A DNA stretch of 64,000 nucleotides from Eledone cirrhosa (lineage: Eukaryota). The notes below the pieces were generated by a model. The model was not told where the DNA came from, searched no databases, and saw only the letters and a program-made list of their open reading frames with translations. The stretch is taken from NCBI GenBank assembly GCA_964016885.1, contig OZ024743.1, forward strand, positions 302,250,001-302,314,000. The letters run 5' to 3'. The translations under genes were made by a program, and so were the position numbers. How positions within the stretch are numbered: position 1 is the stretch's first letter; each line of letters begins with the position of its first letter. Below are positions 12,697 to 27,802 of this stretch, piece by piece.

Positions 12697-15600
12697 GAGT
12701 CTGAACGGACGTCGTTTTGCTCGCTCTCGTAAGTTTATCTATTTACCTCATAATATTTACCTCAAAATTTATTTAATGAATTTTGTTGTGTAAGGCATAC
12801 AAGCCCTTGGACTTTGCCCTGTGAAGGGGAAAGTATAATATTTGGGCCTTTCGGCCCAAATATTTGAAATTTTTTACATTTTAAAAAATTATCGAGAAAC
12901 AAACAAAAAAAAAATGACTGAGCCAAGCCACCCCAGCGATATGTCTACTGTTGTGCGACAACGACGTAACAGTTTAGGGGAGTGCCACGGCGAAATTTAC
13001 AGAAATTGATACAACAAACATCACCACAGACAACGTGAACAAAGACATCAATGATAACAACACTGAGAACTCTAATTTTGAAAGAAATGACGGTAACAGC
13101 GACAACCATAATACAGATAACAGAAAAAATGACAACAAATGCAACAACAATATCAACGCCACTAACAGAAAAACAAATAACGACAACACCAACAGCAAAA
13201 ATACCAACTGCACCGAGAACAACGCCGGCACCAAAGGCAACAATGATAACAGCGACAGTTATAACAACAACACCGACAACAACAACACCGACAACAACAA
13301 CAATACCACCAACGACAACAAGAAGAACACTTTCGCTGCGGCAGCAGCCAAAAAGAGGCCATTCTTCAGCATGGACCTCTCAAACAAAGATGAAAAGTTG
13401 GCTCAAGCAAGAGCAAACCTGGGCCAACGTAACTGTCCCGGTAGAAGCTATTGAGGCAGTGGATCGCAGAACGGTGCATTATAGATGTATCTCAGCACAA
13501 ACCAGCTTTAATTCCACAAGCAGATGTCGAAGTTGCGCTGAGGTGCATCAGGGAAGACACCGAAAACATAGCGAGGGGAAGACAATACGTCACCATTTCG
13601 GTGCTGTTTAAGTCAGAAGCCCTCGCTATGAAACACGTTATGACTCCTTGCAAAACCAACAATGTCATAACGTACCCCTTCGACATGAGAAAAAGAACGG
13701 CCCGTCTCCGCATTCTCAGAATCGCACCAGGACTTGACATGTGGTGATTTCTGGGATGTGTGATTGTGGAGGGGACGGATACCGTCCCGATAGAAGTGAC
13801 AAGAACTACCAGAGAAGACTGGTCTGGGATTGACCTGAAAATAATTCTCCAGATCAGGCCGGAGTATGTTAAGACAATCCCGACCACACCCGCCTTCAGA
13901 AAGGAGCGGTCAGCCACATTATGACCGAGGCCGAAAGGCCGCATTGTTTTTTTTTGTCGGGAAAAAAAACTCATTTGCGAACCTTCTGCCCTCAACTGCT
14001 GAACGATGCAAGGGGTCGAATGACTCCACTGCTGCCCACGCCGAGGCGAGGACAACAACCAACACCAGCCCCGGCAAAACCACCAGCAACAACACCAATA
14101 GAAAGACCACCACCAACATTGACCACCCAGGGGGAAACGAGGACATTTGTCAAATTCACCCTTCCCCCCAAAATACACACATCAATACAAAAAAAACACA
14201 CACACAGTCTCACTTACATACACAGACCCCTCAGCTACCAGTGGTGAAGATGAGGGAAAACCAAAATCCTCCAAAATACAAAAAAATGAAACACAAAAAG
14301 AAAAAGAAAACTCAACAAAGCACAAAATCACCCCCCAATAAAAAATGCAGACACCACCCAGAAAACATCACCCCAATAACACCAACATCACCATCATCAT
14401 CACTAGAATCCCCCAAATGCAAACAACCTAAACAGACGCAAGAACAAATACACAAACAAACATCTGAAACCACACACCGCACTCACAACAAACACAGACA
14501 CAACCGAAACAACACCATCAAAACCATCACCACCACAACCACGCAAACAAATACAATCACACTAACAAAACATACAAAACTTCTTGCTCATCAGGAGGGC
14601 CAACAAGGAACTGATGGCCCTAGTAGCACGAAGTGAAGGTATACAAATAGAGGGTGACATTTTTAAATCGAGCATATTTTGGGTGCCGGAAGATTTGTTT
14701 CTGGTGCGAATGTCGCTCGATTTATACAAAGAGATACGTGACAGCTTTCCATCGGGACGTGGGAACCCCGAATGTAAAACCCACTGCAAGACTTTTCCAA
14801 AAGCCTCAAAAACCTGATCAGCCAGTTCCAACGGTCGGACAGGTACCGTCTAGATTTCCATATATGCGCCAATGTGGACCTGGACTAACCGCATAGGGTT
14901 CTCTATATCGTATATAGACAGGATATTCATTAGGAAAATAGACAGAAATAGTTTAAGCTGTCCACGTTTTAAAACGGTCGCCTATTCAGATCACAAGTTT
15001 GTGATCTGTATGGTCGACCTAGATAAGATGCGTTGGTTAGGGCCTGGTTACTGTTAGCTAAACATGTCATTTCCGGCACGTAAAGCTTACAGGGACCAGG
15101 TCAACAATTTAGTTAAGAAAATGTTGACAGGGGCTGTCGTCAACAATAGATGGTGTTGGGCTCTCAAAAGAGAGGTTAGAATAATATCGATAGAGTTTAG
15201 CAAAGAAGTAGCGTTAGAGAAAAATAGAAAGGGGGGTGAGTTTGTAGATAAGTTAGACGAGACTATTTGTAGTGGGATTGCAACTAACCTGATAGCGGCG
15301 AGAATGGCATTAAACTATTTCTTTAATGCGAAACACGAAGGTTGCATTGTCAGAGATAAGGCGCGTGCTCTGAGAAACGAGGGAACCAAAGTTGTTCGAT
15401 GGGCTCGCGTGACAGAGGCGCAGCGTGGTAATACAACTGCGATTCGGTATTTGACCGACCGAGATGGACACGAACTGAGCGATTCCAAGCGGATGTGTGA
15501 GACCTTTCGCCAACATGTTGCTCCCTTGTTTGGGGGAAGTGGCGGGTCAGAGACGGTGGAGGACTTCAGTCCCTACCTCGATGGCTCGCCGCAACTCTCG

Positions 15601-17975
15601 ACGGCCGACGCTGGGGGCTGCGAAGGGCCGATAACTTCAGCCGAGATGCAGGATGGCCTTGTCGGCTGCATGAGATGCAAGTCACCCGGTTTGGATGGTC
15701 TGCCCTACGAGCTTTACGTAAATATGCCAGACTTGTTTTCCAATCCCTCGAAGCGCTCTACTACAACTGGCAGCAAAACGGGAGTATTCTCAGTCCTGTG
15801 AGCGGGGGCGTTGTGACGCTGATGAGGATAGACTAGAACAAGAGGGACACACTATACAATTCCAGGACAATATCTCTGCTCTAACACAGAGTTTAAGATT
15901 TTGGGCAGGGTGTTAGCGAAGAGGTTTGCGCTCGTCGTCGGGGATATGGTTGGGGAGGGACAAACTAGCACAAACCAAACCAGGTTCATACACGACATCC
16001 TCCATCTGATACGATACATAATATATATTGTAGGGTGTAAACCTGGGTTCGGTGGGGCTCTGATCAATTTAGATCAATCGAAAGCATTCTGTAGAGTCGA
16101 CCATCGGTACCTGGAGGCTGTCCTCAAGGCGGCTGGCTTCGGCCCCGTCTTCAGATGTTGGATCACTGCAATGCACAGCGGCACCTGCTCGATGGTCAAA
16201 ATTAATGGCCACCTCTCGGAACCGTTTTAGGTTTCCCGATCGGTCGGTCAACGGTGCACTCTCTCCTCCTTCTGTACGTATTGACTCTCGAGCATTTACT
16301 GCGGAAGGGGGAGCTGTTGCAGGGTATCCCGCTCGAACCGAGACGCGGAAAGTCTGTGTCGGCTTATGCGGACGACATCACCGTGATGGTGTCGGACAGC
16401 TCAGAAATCAAGGTGGTCGGCAACTTATTGGAGGAATACGAAAGTTTGACGGGAGCAAAACTTAACCCGGAAAGGTCGGCGAGCTTGCAACTCGGCACCT
16501 GAAGAGGCAAATCCATGCCATCCAACAGCGTCGTTAGGCGCTGGGCGGACGGACCGGTAAAGTTGCTCGTGGTTTGGTACGGTTCAGACCTCCAGGATAA
16601 GAATTGGGACGAGGTGACAGGGTGGGTAGCCAGTCTCACCCACAAATGGGCTGCGAGAAAAATTTCACTGAAAGGTCGGGAGGAGGAGGCGAACACGTAC
16701 ATCGGGTCCGTCATCTACTACCGACTGACCGTCGTCCCTTGCCACCGTTCGCGCCTCGCCATCTCGGAGCGGCTCCTCTTCAAATACTTGTGGAGGGGTC
16801 AGGTTCCGTTTGTGCAGCGATCCATCTGCTGCTAGCACCCTCTACGTGGAGGGCTGGGCATGCCGTGGTTAACGATGCGCAGACACGCGCTGAGGCTGCG
16901 GCATCTCCAGATATTCTGCTTAAACGGTGAAGAGGTGTGCTCGCCGTTTATCACACGGGCCTTTCCGCAGCTTGTCTCTTTGACTGAGCTGCAGTCCTGG
17001 GTCAAGAAGAGACCGAGACTGGGTGACTAGCATCTGGAATGTTGCCAGGCACTCACTGCCCTCTACCGGGCAATGCGATCAGTGGAACTTCCACTCTCGA
17101 GTATAGAAGATTAGTGGTGGGCAAGTGCGACAACGCTCTCGGAGAGGCTCTGGCCGTCGACGAAATCGAACTAACCTGTCTCTTCCAGAGGACATTCGAG
17201 CCGGCGACGACGGATAATTTCCAAAAATCCCTCGTCTGGCAGTGCTACTGGGGGGCACTGCTGGTTCGAGAGAAACACTACAGGCACGGAACTGCTGTCA
17301 GATGGACCTGCCCGTGATGCGCGCAGAGCGACGAAACCGTTCTGCACGCACTCGTCCAGTGTCCGTGCATTACTGACATGTGGAGTGATGTCGAACAGCT
17401 GCCGTCGCGTGTAGAACGGATCCGGCTATCGGCCGAGTCCATAGTGAAGATCAACCCGCTGCCTTCTTTTGGCCAGGAAGTGCTGGTAATTTTCCTGTCT
17501 TGTGGCAGTAGCGAAAGAGGTTGTATGGTGGACGAGGTACAAAGGACTGAAGACAGAAAATTTTCTCTACGGCCAATCCCTCATCAGCTTTTTTAAATTT
17601 CACTTGGAAAGGAAAGTTAGGGTGGAGAGAGAAGTGTCACCCCATCCCCACCCCCGTACATTTGGGAAAGGTGGGTGAATGTAGGGAGAATGGCCCTTTT
17701 GTGTGGGCCTACTCAGATCATGCGCTTGTAGGCTGGAACATTTGAGTAGGAGAGGGGTGCCCTTCCCGTGTGCTCTCGAAGCGTCGAGTCGTTCAGGATT
17801 CATAGGGTCCCTAGTGAACTCTGGTGGCCATCGAAGAATGGCCTATTGGAGAATGTTCCTTGCATTTTTATTGTTATTTATATTGTTTACACGTTGTATA
17901 TATATGCAATCCCCCACTGTCCCTCTCTTTTGTATTGTCCCCTATATGTCGGCCCTTGTGGCCAGTAAATGAAAC
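12697..17975 (+). mobile_element. Near full-length degenerate Tx1/L1-clade LINE
   Basis: Disrupted ORF1 (~12914-14600, Asn/Thr-rich start). Disrupted ORF2 with APE endonuclease (WTWTN, SYIDRIF, YSDHK), RT (KSPGLDGLPYELY, LDQSKAFCRVDH, AYADD) and a C-terminal CPxC...ETVLHALVQCP motif. (ATT)n-rich flanks on both sides. Confidence 0.9.
14800..17690 (+). pseudogene. LINE ORF2 (EN-RT-Zn) with multiple stops and frameshifts
   Basis: Colinear ORF fragments at 14872, 15064, 15901, 16254, 16515, 17039 and 17378 carry successive ORF2 motifs. Confidence 0.9.
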
Positions 17976-18025
17976 TATTATTTTTATCATTATTATTATT
18001 AATATTATTATTTTATATATATCTA

Positions 18026-18056
<31 letters not shown>

Positions 18057-18072
18057 GTCCTTCTCACTCTCA

Positions 18073-18105
<33 letters not shown>

Positions 18106-18184
18106 CATACATATATATACACACATACACACATATATACACACACACACGTGTGTGTGCGTTTGTGTGTGAGTGCGTGTGTGT

Positions 18185-19146
18185 CAATAGGTCTCCCTCG
18201 TGTTTATGACGACATTGTTGAGCGCATCTGGAAAATTATTGTGTTGGTTAAACAAATCCACTTGTAATGCCAGCCAAGAGATAATAATTCCCCAATGAAT
18301 GTATTGCGTGTTTTGCAGCTACGTGGGTTATTCAAACTGTACAATACTCACTTGGTGGAAACCATTTGTGTAGATGACAAACAGCATTTTGATGTATGTA
18401 AATGTATTCTGGGCATAGATAGAAACTAACATTTTCAATCACGCTTAGTATTTACTGAGCAAAGTGCGTTCCATCGAACTGTAAAGTTGATCCGCCATAA
18501 CGCAATAATTTGGAGATCATAACGGGCATGTGCAATGGTTGTGCATGAACAAGGATCTCTAAAACGTAATGTTTTTTATGCCATATCCCGACTAGTTTTA
18601 CGGTGTGTACTTCTTTGCAAAATAGTTTAACAGGAATTTAACATGTCGAAATGATACAGAAGTAGCTTTATCCGGAATTGCAAGCAGCTTTTAATGTTTT
18701 TATTTTATAAAAGTTTTATCACAATAGCATAGTGATGTACGAGCCGTCTCAGAGTGTTTCCTCATCGATGAATCGGCCATAAAGTTGCTACTGATTTTGC
18801 ACTTCACAACTGGCAACCATAGCCACCCGATCTTATTATATGTTATCATTTCTTTGGAAAACCCCGTTTATGTGCACCCATGTCCAATATCGGAAAAAAA
18901 TCAAAGATCACATAACAAAAACTCCAGTAATAACAGACATATGCACTAGTGTATTAATCGGGTTTGATTATCGTGCAGAGTTAAACCCTGTATGAAAAGG
19001 AGAGCATATTGATTATTTGTATGATTTCTAAATGAAACTGTATATTAAGAAATGTATTGGACAAGTTACCGCATGATTATATGTTCATTTGTTTAAAAAA
19101 TACAGCCTTTAAAAATTGGATAATTCACATTCATACACCTTGTATA
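18185..19146 (+). mobile_element. Decayed Tc1/mariner-superfamily transposon
   Basis: Relic peptides RLVFTEQSAFHRTVKLIRHNAIIW (SDE-motif region), FPHR*IG and WQP*PPDL (WPPRSPDL-like). Ends in a TIR-like ttcatacaccttgta. Confidence 0.7.
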
Positions 19147-19636
19147 TACTGATAGATTTTCAAAATAATAGTACTACAAGATTTGTCTACACATAACAGT
19201 GTAATAACGTGCCAAACACTACCTTACCTAATACTAACCGAAACGAATTCAGATTTAGTAATGTAAGAACGGATACAGATTTAGTAATGTGGTGACAATG
19301 ATAGAACAGTTATAAGTGTCAGTTCCTTTCGTTAGATCAGCGTACTGACTGCTCTTATGGAATGTTTGGTCAATATATTTTAAATTAAAGGAAGAAATTG
19401 TTTACTGTTTACGCAGCGCATGTGTTCTTTAGAGACACAACACTGTTGATCAGTGATTTGACATATGCTATTGTTTCAACAGCAAGTATAGAATGTATCT
19501 AATCATATTGAAAAACAATGTGAACGTATGTTTCAATATATATTTTACTTATATATGTTTTAAAATAATATTCGTGCAATTAATTTCCTTCGTTGGTAAG
19601 CAGATAGCGAATATACACGGACGCAATAATATGATA

Positions 19637-19823
<187 letters not shown>

Positions 19824-21429
19824 ATGATTAAAGGAATTACTGGTGATATTGCGAAATAGCCACTCGATGCGCAAGCAGAATGTATATATTAAAGAAAACG
19901 AGGAAGTTTCATTTATATGTAGTTTCCTTTTACGTGTGTGTATCGAACTATTACGCGTTTTTCGCAGATGAATGTCTCGAACTCAACGATAGAATTTAAG
20001 GAATCAACTCCATTACGTGTCTTCTCTTCAGACTTGTGAATCACCTGTCTGAAGCACAGACTGACAGTTGAGTCCGTTCCATAGCTAACTTCAAATGACT
20101 CATAGCTAACTTCGTTGACCCAACCCTCTGCGAAACACATATAGCAAAAAATAATAATAACTACATGTAAAATGAACTTCCTTGTTTTTTTTTATTATAA
20201 CTTAGATCACAATTTTGTTTCCACTTACAATCTGGACATGACGTCAATATTGTGCCTTGAAACCTTATCAGAGGATTGTGACCATCGGCCAGTTGTCAAC
20301 AGACAGACTATCCACAACGGAGGTCCCAGGCAGATGAAATATAGAAAAGTTTGAAAGACGAGGATGACTCTGAGAAGTGAGTTGGTGCACATTAGTCACT
20401 AGATGAGGAAATAAAGAAAGGAGTTATGAAGACAAGGTTACTCACACACACACATCTTCACCCTTACCATTGTGCTGGTTTGAAAGCTGATGAGGATGAA
20501 GTTGTGCGTGTGTGTAAATTTGTTTTGTATATCTATGAAATAAATCGTCCCAATCTCTGTGGCATAAAAAATGTTATAACACTTTGATTTGTATTTTAAA
20601 GTAATATTAGCTAATCTATTTACCGTCGCTACAATAACAGCAACAATGAAATAATATGCCACAAACTATAAGGTTGTTGGTGCTAAGTAGGTAACACTAC
20701 AACTATATATAGCTATCTACGTATATATATCCGGACAACAATGTCTACTGATCCATATATATATATGTATATAGCTTTATTATTTCCTCATGATTAAATG
20801 GTATCTTTTCTTCGTAAGTAATTATGTGTATTGTCATTTCAAAGATGTAAGGATCTTATTTGTCACACTAGTGGCGTATTTGTTACATGGTTAGCAGTGA
20901 TGGACACGATGATAGGAATGGAAGAGGACTGTGAGCGCCTTTTTCTTAACGTTATTGTAAATAGTGTTATGTATAGTGCATCAATTGGTTTTATTAATTT
21001 GGATTTTTTATTCTATTTTATTCGTATACAGATCTGTCATTGATGAAGCGTTGCGTATTATATATTTTAATGGGAGACTTCAATACCTATGTTGGCACCG
21101 ACTCTATAACATGGAAATAAGTGATATGAAAGCGTCGATCCTGATCAAAATACAAAATTAGAGACGTTATTAAGCTTCTGTTCAAGTAATAGGTCCTCTA
21201 TTACAAACACCTTCCAGCACAAAGACATACATTAATACATATAGTATAAGGAGAAAAGCGTAAAATTGATTTTGCTATTATAATCTTGCCTTTACAATTC
21301 TGTGCTGTATGTGCCTCTTAAGATAGATGCTCAGCTGTCAACTGACCACCATCTAATTACAGGCAAACTAGCATTACCTAAAGGGCACTAACCTTGCAGC
21401 ACAATCTCAAAGTAAAAGTTAAAAATTGG

Positions 21430-22700
21430 GAAGTGCTGGTGGCAAAGATGTTAGGAAAGCGTATGTGAATACTCTTATAGCTAAATTCAGAGAAATATCT
21501 GAGCAATTTCCGGAAGTTGAAACCAAATGGGAACTCTTCATATCTGAAGTTTTTCTTCAGCTCTTAAATGCTGCGGCTGAAATCATCCCGGTGTTGTGAC
21601 AGGTGGCAGGAGGATGTCGTGGTTAAAGGAAGTATTCGAAAATGCCATCTGACCAAATAAGTAGGCTTAACACCTGGCTAGGTAATACGTCCTTTTCTGG
21701 CACTTGCGTTACAAGTAGGTATGAACGATCAGAGCAGAGAGAATAAAGGTGTCCAAAGTTAAGATACGATAAGACATTGAGGTTAACCTGGAATCTGAAT
21801 GCATATCAGCAAATAAATTGTTCTGGCAGGCAATCCAGTGACTTCGAAATTGGAACGCGCCTGGAATTCGTGTATCGCAAAGAGATAAAGGGGAGAGTGA
21901 TTATCGAGTCATAACTGAAAAATACGGCAGTTTGCACCATAGACGTAGTAAAATTGCCCCGATATTCTCTCTGTGGCATATCTTTTAGAAATCATGGGTG
22001 TACTGCCAAGAAATGCACTCTTGTTTCATAGACTACGAAAAGGCATATGAATGCGTTGCATGTGACCAGTTGTAAAACGTTCTGCATGAGTAGATGTTCG
22101 ATTGGCAGTTTTTTGTTGCTCTCGTGTCTCTATTCAAATAGCGAAATATGTGATCGTGTTTCTAGTGCGAACAATTCAATGTGGATATCAGAATCAAACA
22201 CGGATGTGCACTGTCACCTCCCGCGTTCAGAATATCTTCACAAGCAGGATTGACATCCGCAGACGTGCTGCAATTTGTATCGGTATATAGGAGACGACAT
22301 GAGATGACTTAATCATTACAAGGTGATATGGATGAGAGCTGCATGATATGAATGACAATTAATTATTCGAAGATTTGAAGGCAACCTGCACCGTTTACTT
22401 TACATGTTAATGGAATTTCACTGAAGCAAGTGGAGGAATTCAAGTGTGTTGGAGTCGTGTTAGCAGAAGGCTAAGTTGGGTGGAACATGTATAGGAGATG
22501 ACGCAGTTACGCGGGAAACTTTGCAATTACACATTATCAGAATGGTGGTATATGTAAAAGCCAAACAAGCTATCCTCAATTTGGTGTTCGTGCCAAACCA
22601 TAATTATGAATGACCGAAAGTATATGATCCCAAATACAAACGTCGAAAATAGGATTCTTCCGAAAGGCTTAATGACCAACGTTACTCGATAGAATAAGGA
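21430..22700 (+). mobile_element. Highly decayed RTE-like LINE ORF2 fragment
   Basis: Relic peptides SANKLFWQAI, FIDYEKAYE, LYSNSEIC, LKQVEEFKCVGV and KAKQAILNLVFVPT. Similar to the minus-strand relic at 48.1-48.9 kb. Confidence 0.7.
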
Positions 22701-23809
22701 ATATTATATAGAATTGGCTTTTTTTCACCGCGTGCTCTATGAAAACGTGCGTCAATCTTTTACGCGCCAGTGCCATATAGTAAATTTGATCATAACATTT
22801 GAATTGAAAATTATATATGATATTGATTTGCGGTATTAAAGTGGAAGATTTCCAATGTAGGGATTTTGTAATAGGTTCTTACTATGATTTTGTTGCTAGC
22901 ATCGATGAATGTATTTTCTTTCATGAGATTTTAATGACGTGGAATGCGTGCCTTTGGTGCTTCTCGTATGGGAAAACCTGCTATTTTTGCACTACCTCTT
23001 GTTGCTCCTCTTTTGTTGTAACTGTGTGCCTATTATTGCACATTTTTACACGCAACATTTACGTATATAAAAAAAATATTTTATTTTGAAGTCATGAATT
23101 GAAAATTACTTTTTTTTTAAATAACTGTATCTTTTTATATCTAGTCGGCTACACATTATCCGACAATTGTTTACATATTGAAGAAATGATCGTACTTGTT
23201 AAGATCATACGCGAATTAATAACCACTTTTGAAATGTTTGGCTATACAAGCCATAAATATTAACCTGGCAGAGTGAATGAAACACTGATAGCGGTTCAGC
23301 AGCTTCAACTCAAATTTTTATATATATTTATGCCGACACTTGCTTTTACGAATGATTAAAATTGATTCATATGCTTTAGCGATAATATAACGAGAGTACA
23401 AGAAGCTTTTTCATAGACCCAGATACTACGTATTAACTCCTTCAATATTCGATTAACGTTGTTTCCTCTCCATTGCAGACATATAGTCAATTACTTGTGT
23501 TTCATTATACTAACAAATATAGTTGCTTGAAGGTATTAGAGAAGTATACAACTCTTCATCCACAGTAAGCAATCCCACGAATATGAGAAAAGAAATAGTA
23601 TCAGAGTATAAAATGTGTTAGTGCAAAGCTGAAAGATAAATGTGCCCTAAGTATAGGAGCAAATCATGAAACGGGAAAGAGAGTATACGGAAAAAGTTAG
23701 ATAAGGTCAATTCATACTATGTCAACAGAAAACAACAGTAGAATCTGATGTTCGTTGATGCTCCTCCTCTGGGCAAATTAACTTATAGAATTGCAAGAGA
23801 TTTAGATTA

Positions 23810-23992
23810 TAATTGTTTCTACTTTAGGCACAAGGCCAGCAATTATCCAGTGCATTACTGGTACTTTATGTTATCGACCCCGTAAGGATGAAAGGCAAAG
23901 TCAACCTCGGCGGGATTTGAACTCAGATCGTAAAGGGACGTAACTATGCTGGAAAGCATGACGTCCGACCCTCTACCGATACTGCCAATCCA
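23810..23992 (-). mobile_element. tRNA-derived SINE, near full length
   Basis: Reverse complement of the family at 953 and 62210 (gatttgaactc, atcgaccccgtaaggatgaaaggcaaag). Confidence 0.85.
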
Positions 23993-24347
23993 TTATAATA
24001 CAAAGAAAATTTAAATAGTAAAACAATTAGGAGTTCCAATAAATTCATGGATGAGTAGAACTTACCGATTTAGGAAAACTTCTTGCAGTGATAGAAATGT
24101 TTATAGTCTGCAGGATAAGCTCTCTGATAAACTGTTTAACTGAAAATTTAGTTTATAGCATCAGTTGTATAACAGGGTTGGCGGAGATATTTCTGTCTTG
24201 GCGGGCACCACATTTCGACAATTTAGTTGTAGTGATTAGTTTAGCTCTTTGCACTCGAAAATGGTTAGGCACTTTTGATGTAAGATAAATATGACATGTC
24301 CAGAAATTGTAGTGCATATACCCATATATGTGTGTTTTAGTAGTTTC

Positions 24348-24440
24348 ATAATTGTTTCTACATTTGGCACAAGGCCAGCAATTACCCAGTACATTACTGG
24401 TACTTTATTGTATCTACCCCGTAAGGATGAAAGGCAAAGT
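24348..24440 (-). mobile_element. SINE 3' fragment
   Basis: taattgtttctac...ggcacaaggccagcaatt...ccccgtaaggatgaaaggcaaag. Confidence 0.8.
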
Positions 24441-25289
24441 TTTAGTAGTTTCATAATAAAATATAATCATTGGATATGGTATGCCTTCCCTCCCACAGTT
24501 CCACCGTCACTGTATATATATAATTAAAATTAAAAGTATACTATTTGCACTTTCCTGAGGGGTTAATACACTCAGCTACTTCCTATTTAGTAATGAACTA
24601 ATATTATACCCAATTTGGTCATCTTCTATAAATATACATATATATACTTACATTATAAAAAAGAAAACTTTATTCGCTCTACATGGCTGAATACAATAAG
24701 TGTAATCTGAGTTTTTTGATAATTAATAATAACATTCGATTCGTTTGCAATTATGCAAACAAGCCTCTATTTTATAGCTATAGAATGAACCCTTCATTCT
24801 TGCTCCTGTGTTACATTAATTTATTATGGTTATTGTTGAGGTTATTTACTGGAAAGTTTCACCTGTGCACTGACAGGATAACAACGCTTACCTGGTGAGT
24901 AGGCAGGTAAGACACCAGAGTAACAAGTATTAGCCATAATAAATGAATATTTAAACTCTACTTGGGTATAGTGTTTTTATTCTTACGTCCATCAATACTT
25001 CACGTATTCTCAGGTCTCGTATAATACCCCCACGCCCGATTATTAAATTTTGCTGAACTATATCCGACGAAATTTCATTGTAAGCGATTAATAGTGATAC
25101 AGCAGCTGGATAATCTATTAATCATTTTATCTTATATTAAAAAAAGCATTATGACAAAAGAAGAACATTACTATATATCCCATGTTTACGAGCGTACACT
25201 ATATAATTACTGATTTCCCAAGATCCTCCCACCCCTCTATTATATTATTTGGGACCAGACAGTGCAATGAAACTCTTTTCATCCATAAT

Positions 25290-26405
25290 ACTATCAAACG
25301 AAACTCTTTTTTAATCACCCTCTCTGCATCTACTAAAACGATATTCTACCCCTCTCTATATCTACCAATACACCACCTCCCTTACTCGCTTTAAATATCT
25401 ATACTTATCTCTCACTACTGCCTTCTGTCTATCAATCACCCCTAAATGTTCACCCTCTCTATATCTACTACACGACACTCTCCCATTATCCATCTCTATA
25501 TATCTACAACCAGCAAATTCTCCCACTCACTGTATATATTACAGGTTATACTCTTCCAATCCCCCTCTCTATATTAATTAACACCAAAGTATCTCCCTCT
25601 ATATATCTGTCAATACCTATCTCTATCAAACCTCCCCTCTAATTATGACCTCACCTCTTGCCCTCTCTACATCAACCATACATCATATTCTCCCAATCCC
25701 CCTCTCTATATTAATTGACACAAAACTCTCCCCCTCTTTATATCAACTACACGGAACTGTCTTCCAATCCCCCTCTCAGTATTAAGTAACACCACTTCTC
25801 CACCTCTCTATATCTGTTACATGGAGATCTCTTCCACCCCCCTCTATATATCTACCATTGAACACTCTCTCTCATTCTCTCTGACTCTATCCATCAATAC
25901 CGAACTCTCCCCTCCTCTATATATGTGAGTAACTATCTTTCTCAATCCTCTAACTCTCTATCAACCATCCAACATATTCTGCTAATTCCCCCTCTATATT
26001 AATTGACAGCAAACTCACCCCCTCTTTATATATACTACATGGAACTATCTTCCAATCTCTCTCTATATATCAAGTAACACCAAACTTTCCACCTCTCTAT
26101 ATGTCCTACACGGAACTGTCTGCTAATATCCCTCTCTATATCAATACAACTTTAACTGTTCCCCTCTCTCTATCTACTATACGGAACACTTTTTAACTCC
26201 CCTCTCTCTAGCAATTAATGCCAACATACCCCTCCCCTCTATATATCTACTACTGGGAATTCTATTCCAATTCCACTCTATATATCAATACACATCAATG
26301 ACTACCTCTCTCTATATCTAATATACAACACACTTTTCCAAACTTCCATTTCATATCAATTACCACCAAACTCTCTCGCTCTCTATAACTTTATCTATCT
26401 CTCCC
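25290..26405. repeat. Degenerate pyrimidine-rich minisatellite (~70-bp unit of two ~35-bp subunits)
   Basis: Recurrent ccctctctatat core. The ggaact(g/a)tcttcc-type register recurs at ~70-bp spacing (e.g. 25752/25822, 26041/26112). Confidence 0.75.
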
Positions 26406-27006
26406 ATTTGTCTCTACATAACCTGTACATAAATTGTAGTGCAAATACAAATAGATATGTGTTTTGATAGTTTGGGCAGAAACAATATAATTAATGGAGG
26501 AAGGGGCATGTCCCCATGCCCCCAGTTCCACCGCCACTGCATACAATTATAATGTAGAAATACGACAGAGATATATAATTGTGAAACTTTTCGCAGCATA
26601 ATAGAAATGGTGGGAGGGTTCAAAGTAGAGAGCGTTTTCTCTGTTCTCTTCAAACATGTCAAAATGGAACTTGATGGCTCAGTAGATATCTTTAAAGTAA
26701 AAATTATATCTGCCTACGAAATGATAATGCTCAAACTGATTAGGAAGGAACTCATATTACGGAATGTGAAGATACCTTCAATAGAAAGCACGGAAGAAAT
26801 AGCAATAACTGCCAAATATACCGTATGATCAAAATATGAGGACACAAAAGAATCAATCTAACGGGTTGTTCATACCCAATCTCATTAGGATGCATGAATA
26901 GAATAAGGAATATCTTGTGGATTTCGAATGAGAACCCCCCCCCCAAACAAAAAAAAAGAATAATAACATGCGTGTCTGTAGGAAAAACAAGACGTAACAC
27001 CCCACC

Positions 27007-27128
<122 letters not shown>

Positions 27129-27754
27129 GTGTGTGTATAAATGAAGTAATTCCGTCGGAATTAATTATATGTTTCTGCCCAAACTATCAATATATATATA
27201 TATATACAGAGAGACACTCTCACATGACTCCGCCTCTCTCACTAAACAGCAAAACACCCTCCCTCTCACTATATCCCACAACAACATGTTCACTTTGAAA
27301 CAACAAATGTTTTTATCTTTTGTAATGAATGACAAAGTTATCCAGTTATTCCCTGGGGTGAGGGGGATATGTTTTTCCTTTTTTGGGTGGTGTGCTTCTG
27401 TTGAATTAATTGGCAAGTGTTTACAATATGTGTGGTGGATGGTGGTTGTGATGTAGTGGTGTTGGTAGCAGTATTATGTTGGCGGTAGTGGTGGTATAGT
27501 GTGGTTGTTGTTGGTGGTAGTGTGATATTGTTGGTGGTATTTGTTTATTTTGAATATATCTATCTTTCCACCATTGGTAACCTGGTATATATAGGTTCTA
27601 CAGGGCTAGAACTGTTTCATTCAAAGGAAACCAAACGGATTTCTAGTCCTGTAGAAGCCATTTCTATAATACAAATTCTATATAATCTACTATGATTGAG
27701 TACCTTACATACTGTGGTTACCCTTGATTGAACCCGACACACACACACACACAT

Positions 27755-27802
<48 letters not shown>

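Noticed and set aside
13035-13454. Asn-rich or Thr-rich ORFs as a host mucin- or prion-like gene
   Set aside because: They are the (AAC)-rich low-complexity start of the LINE ORF1.
24886-24911. cttacctgg resembling the U1 snRNA 5' end, within a small hairpin
   Set aside because: No further U1 sequence or Sm site.
25290-26405. CRISPR-like periodicity
   Set aside because: The context is eukaryotic, the repeats are degenerate with no unique spacers, and there are no cas genes.
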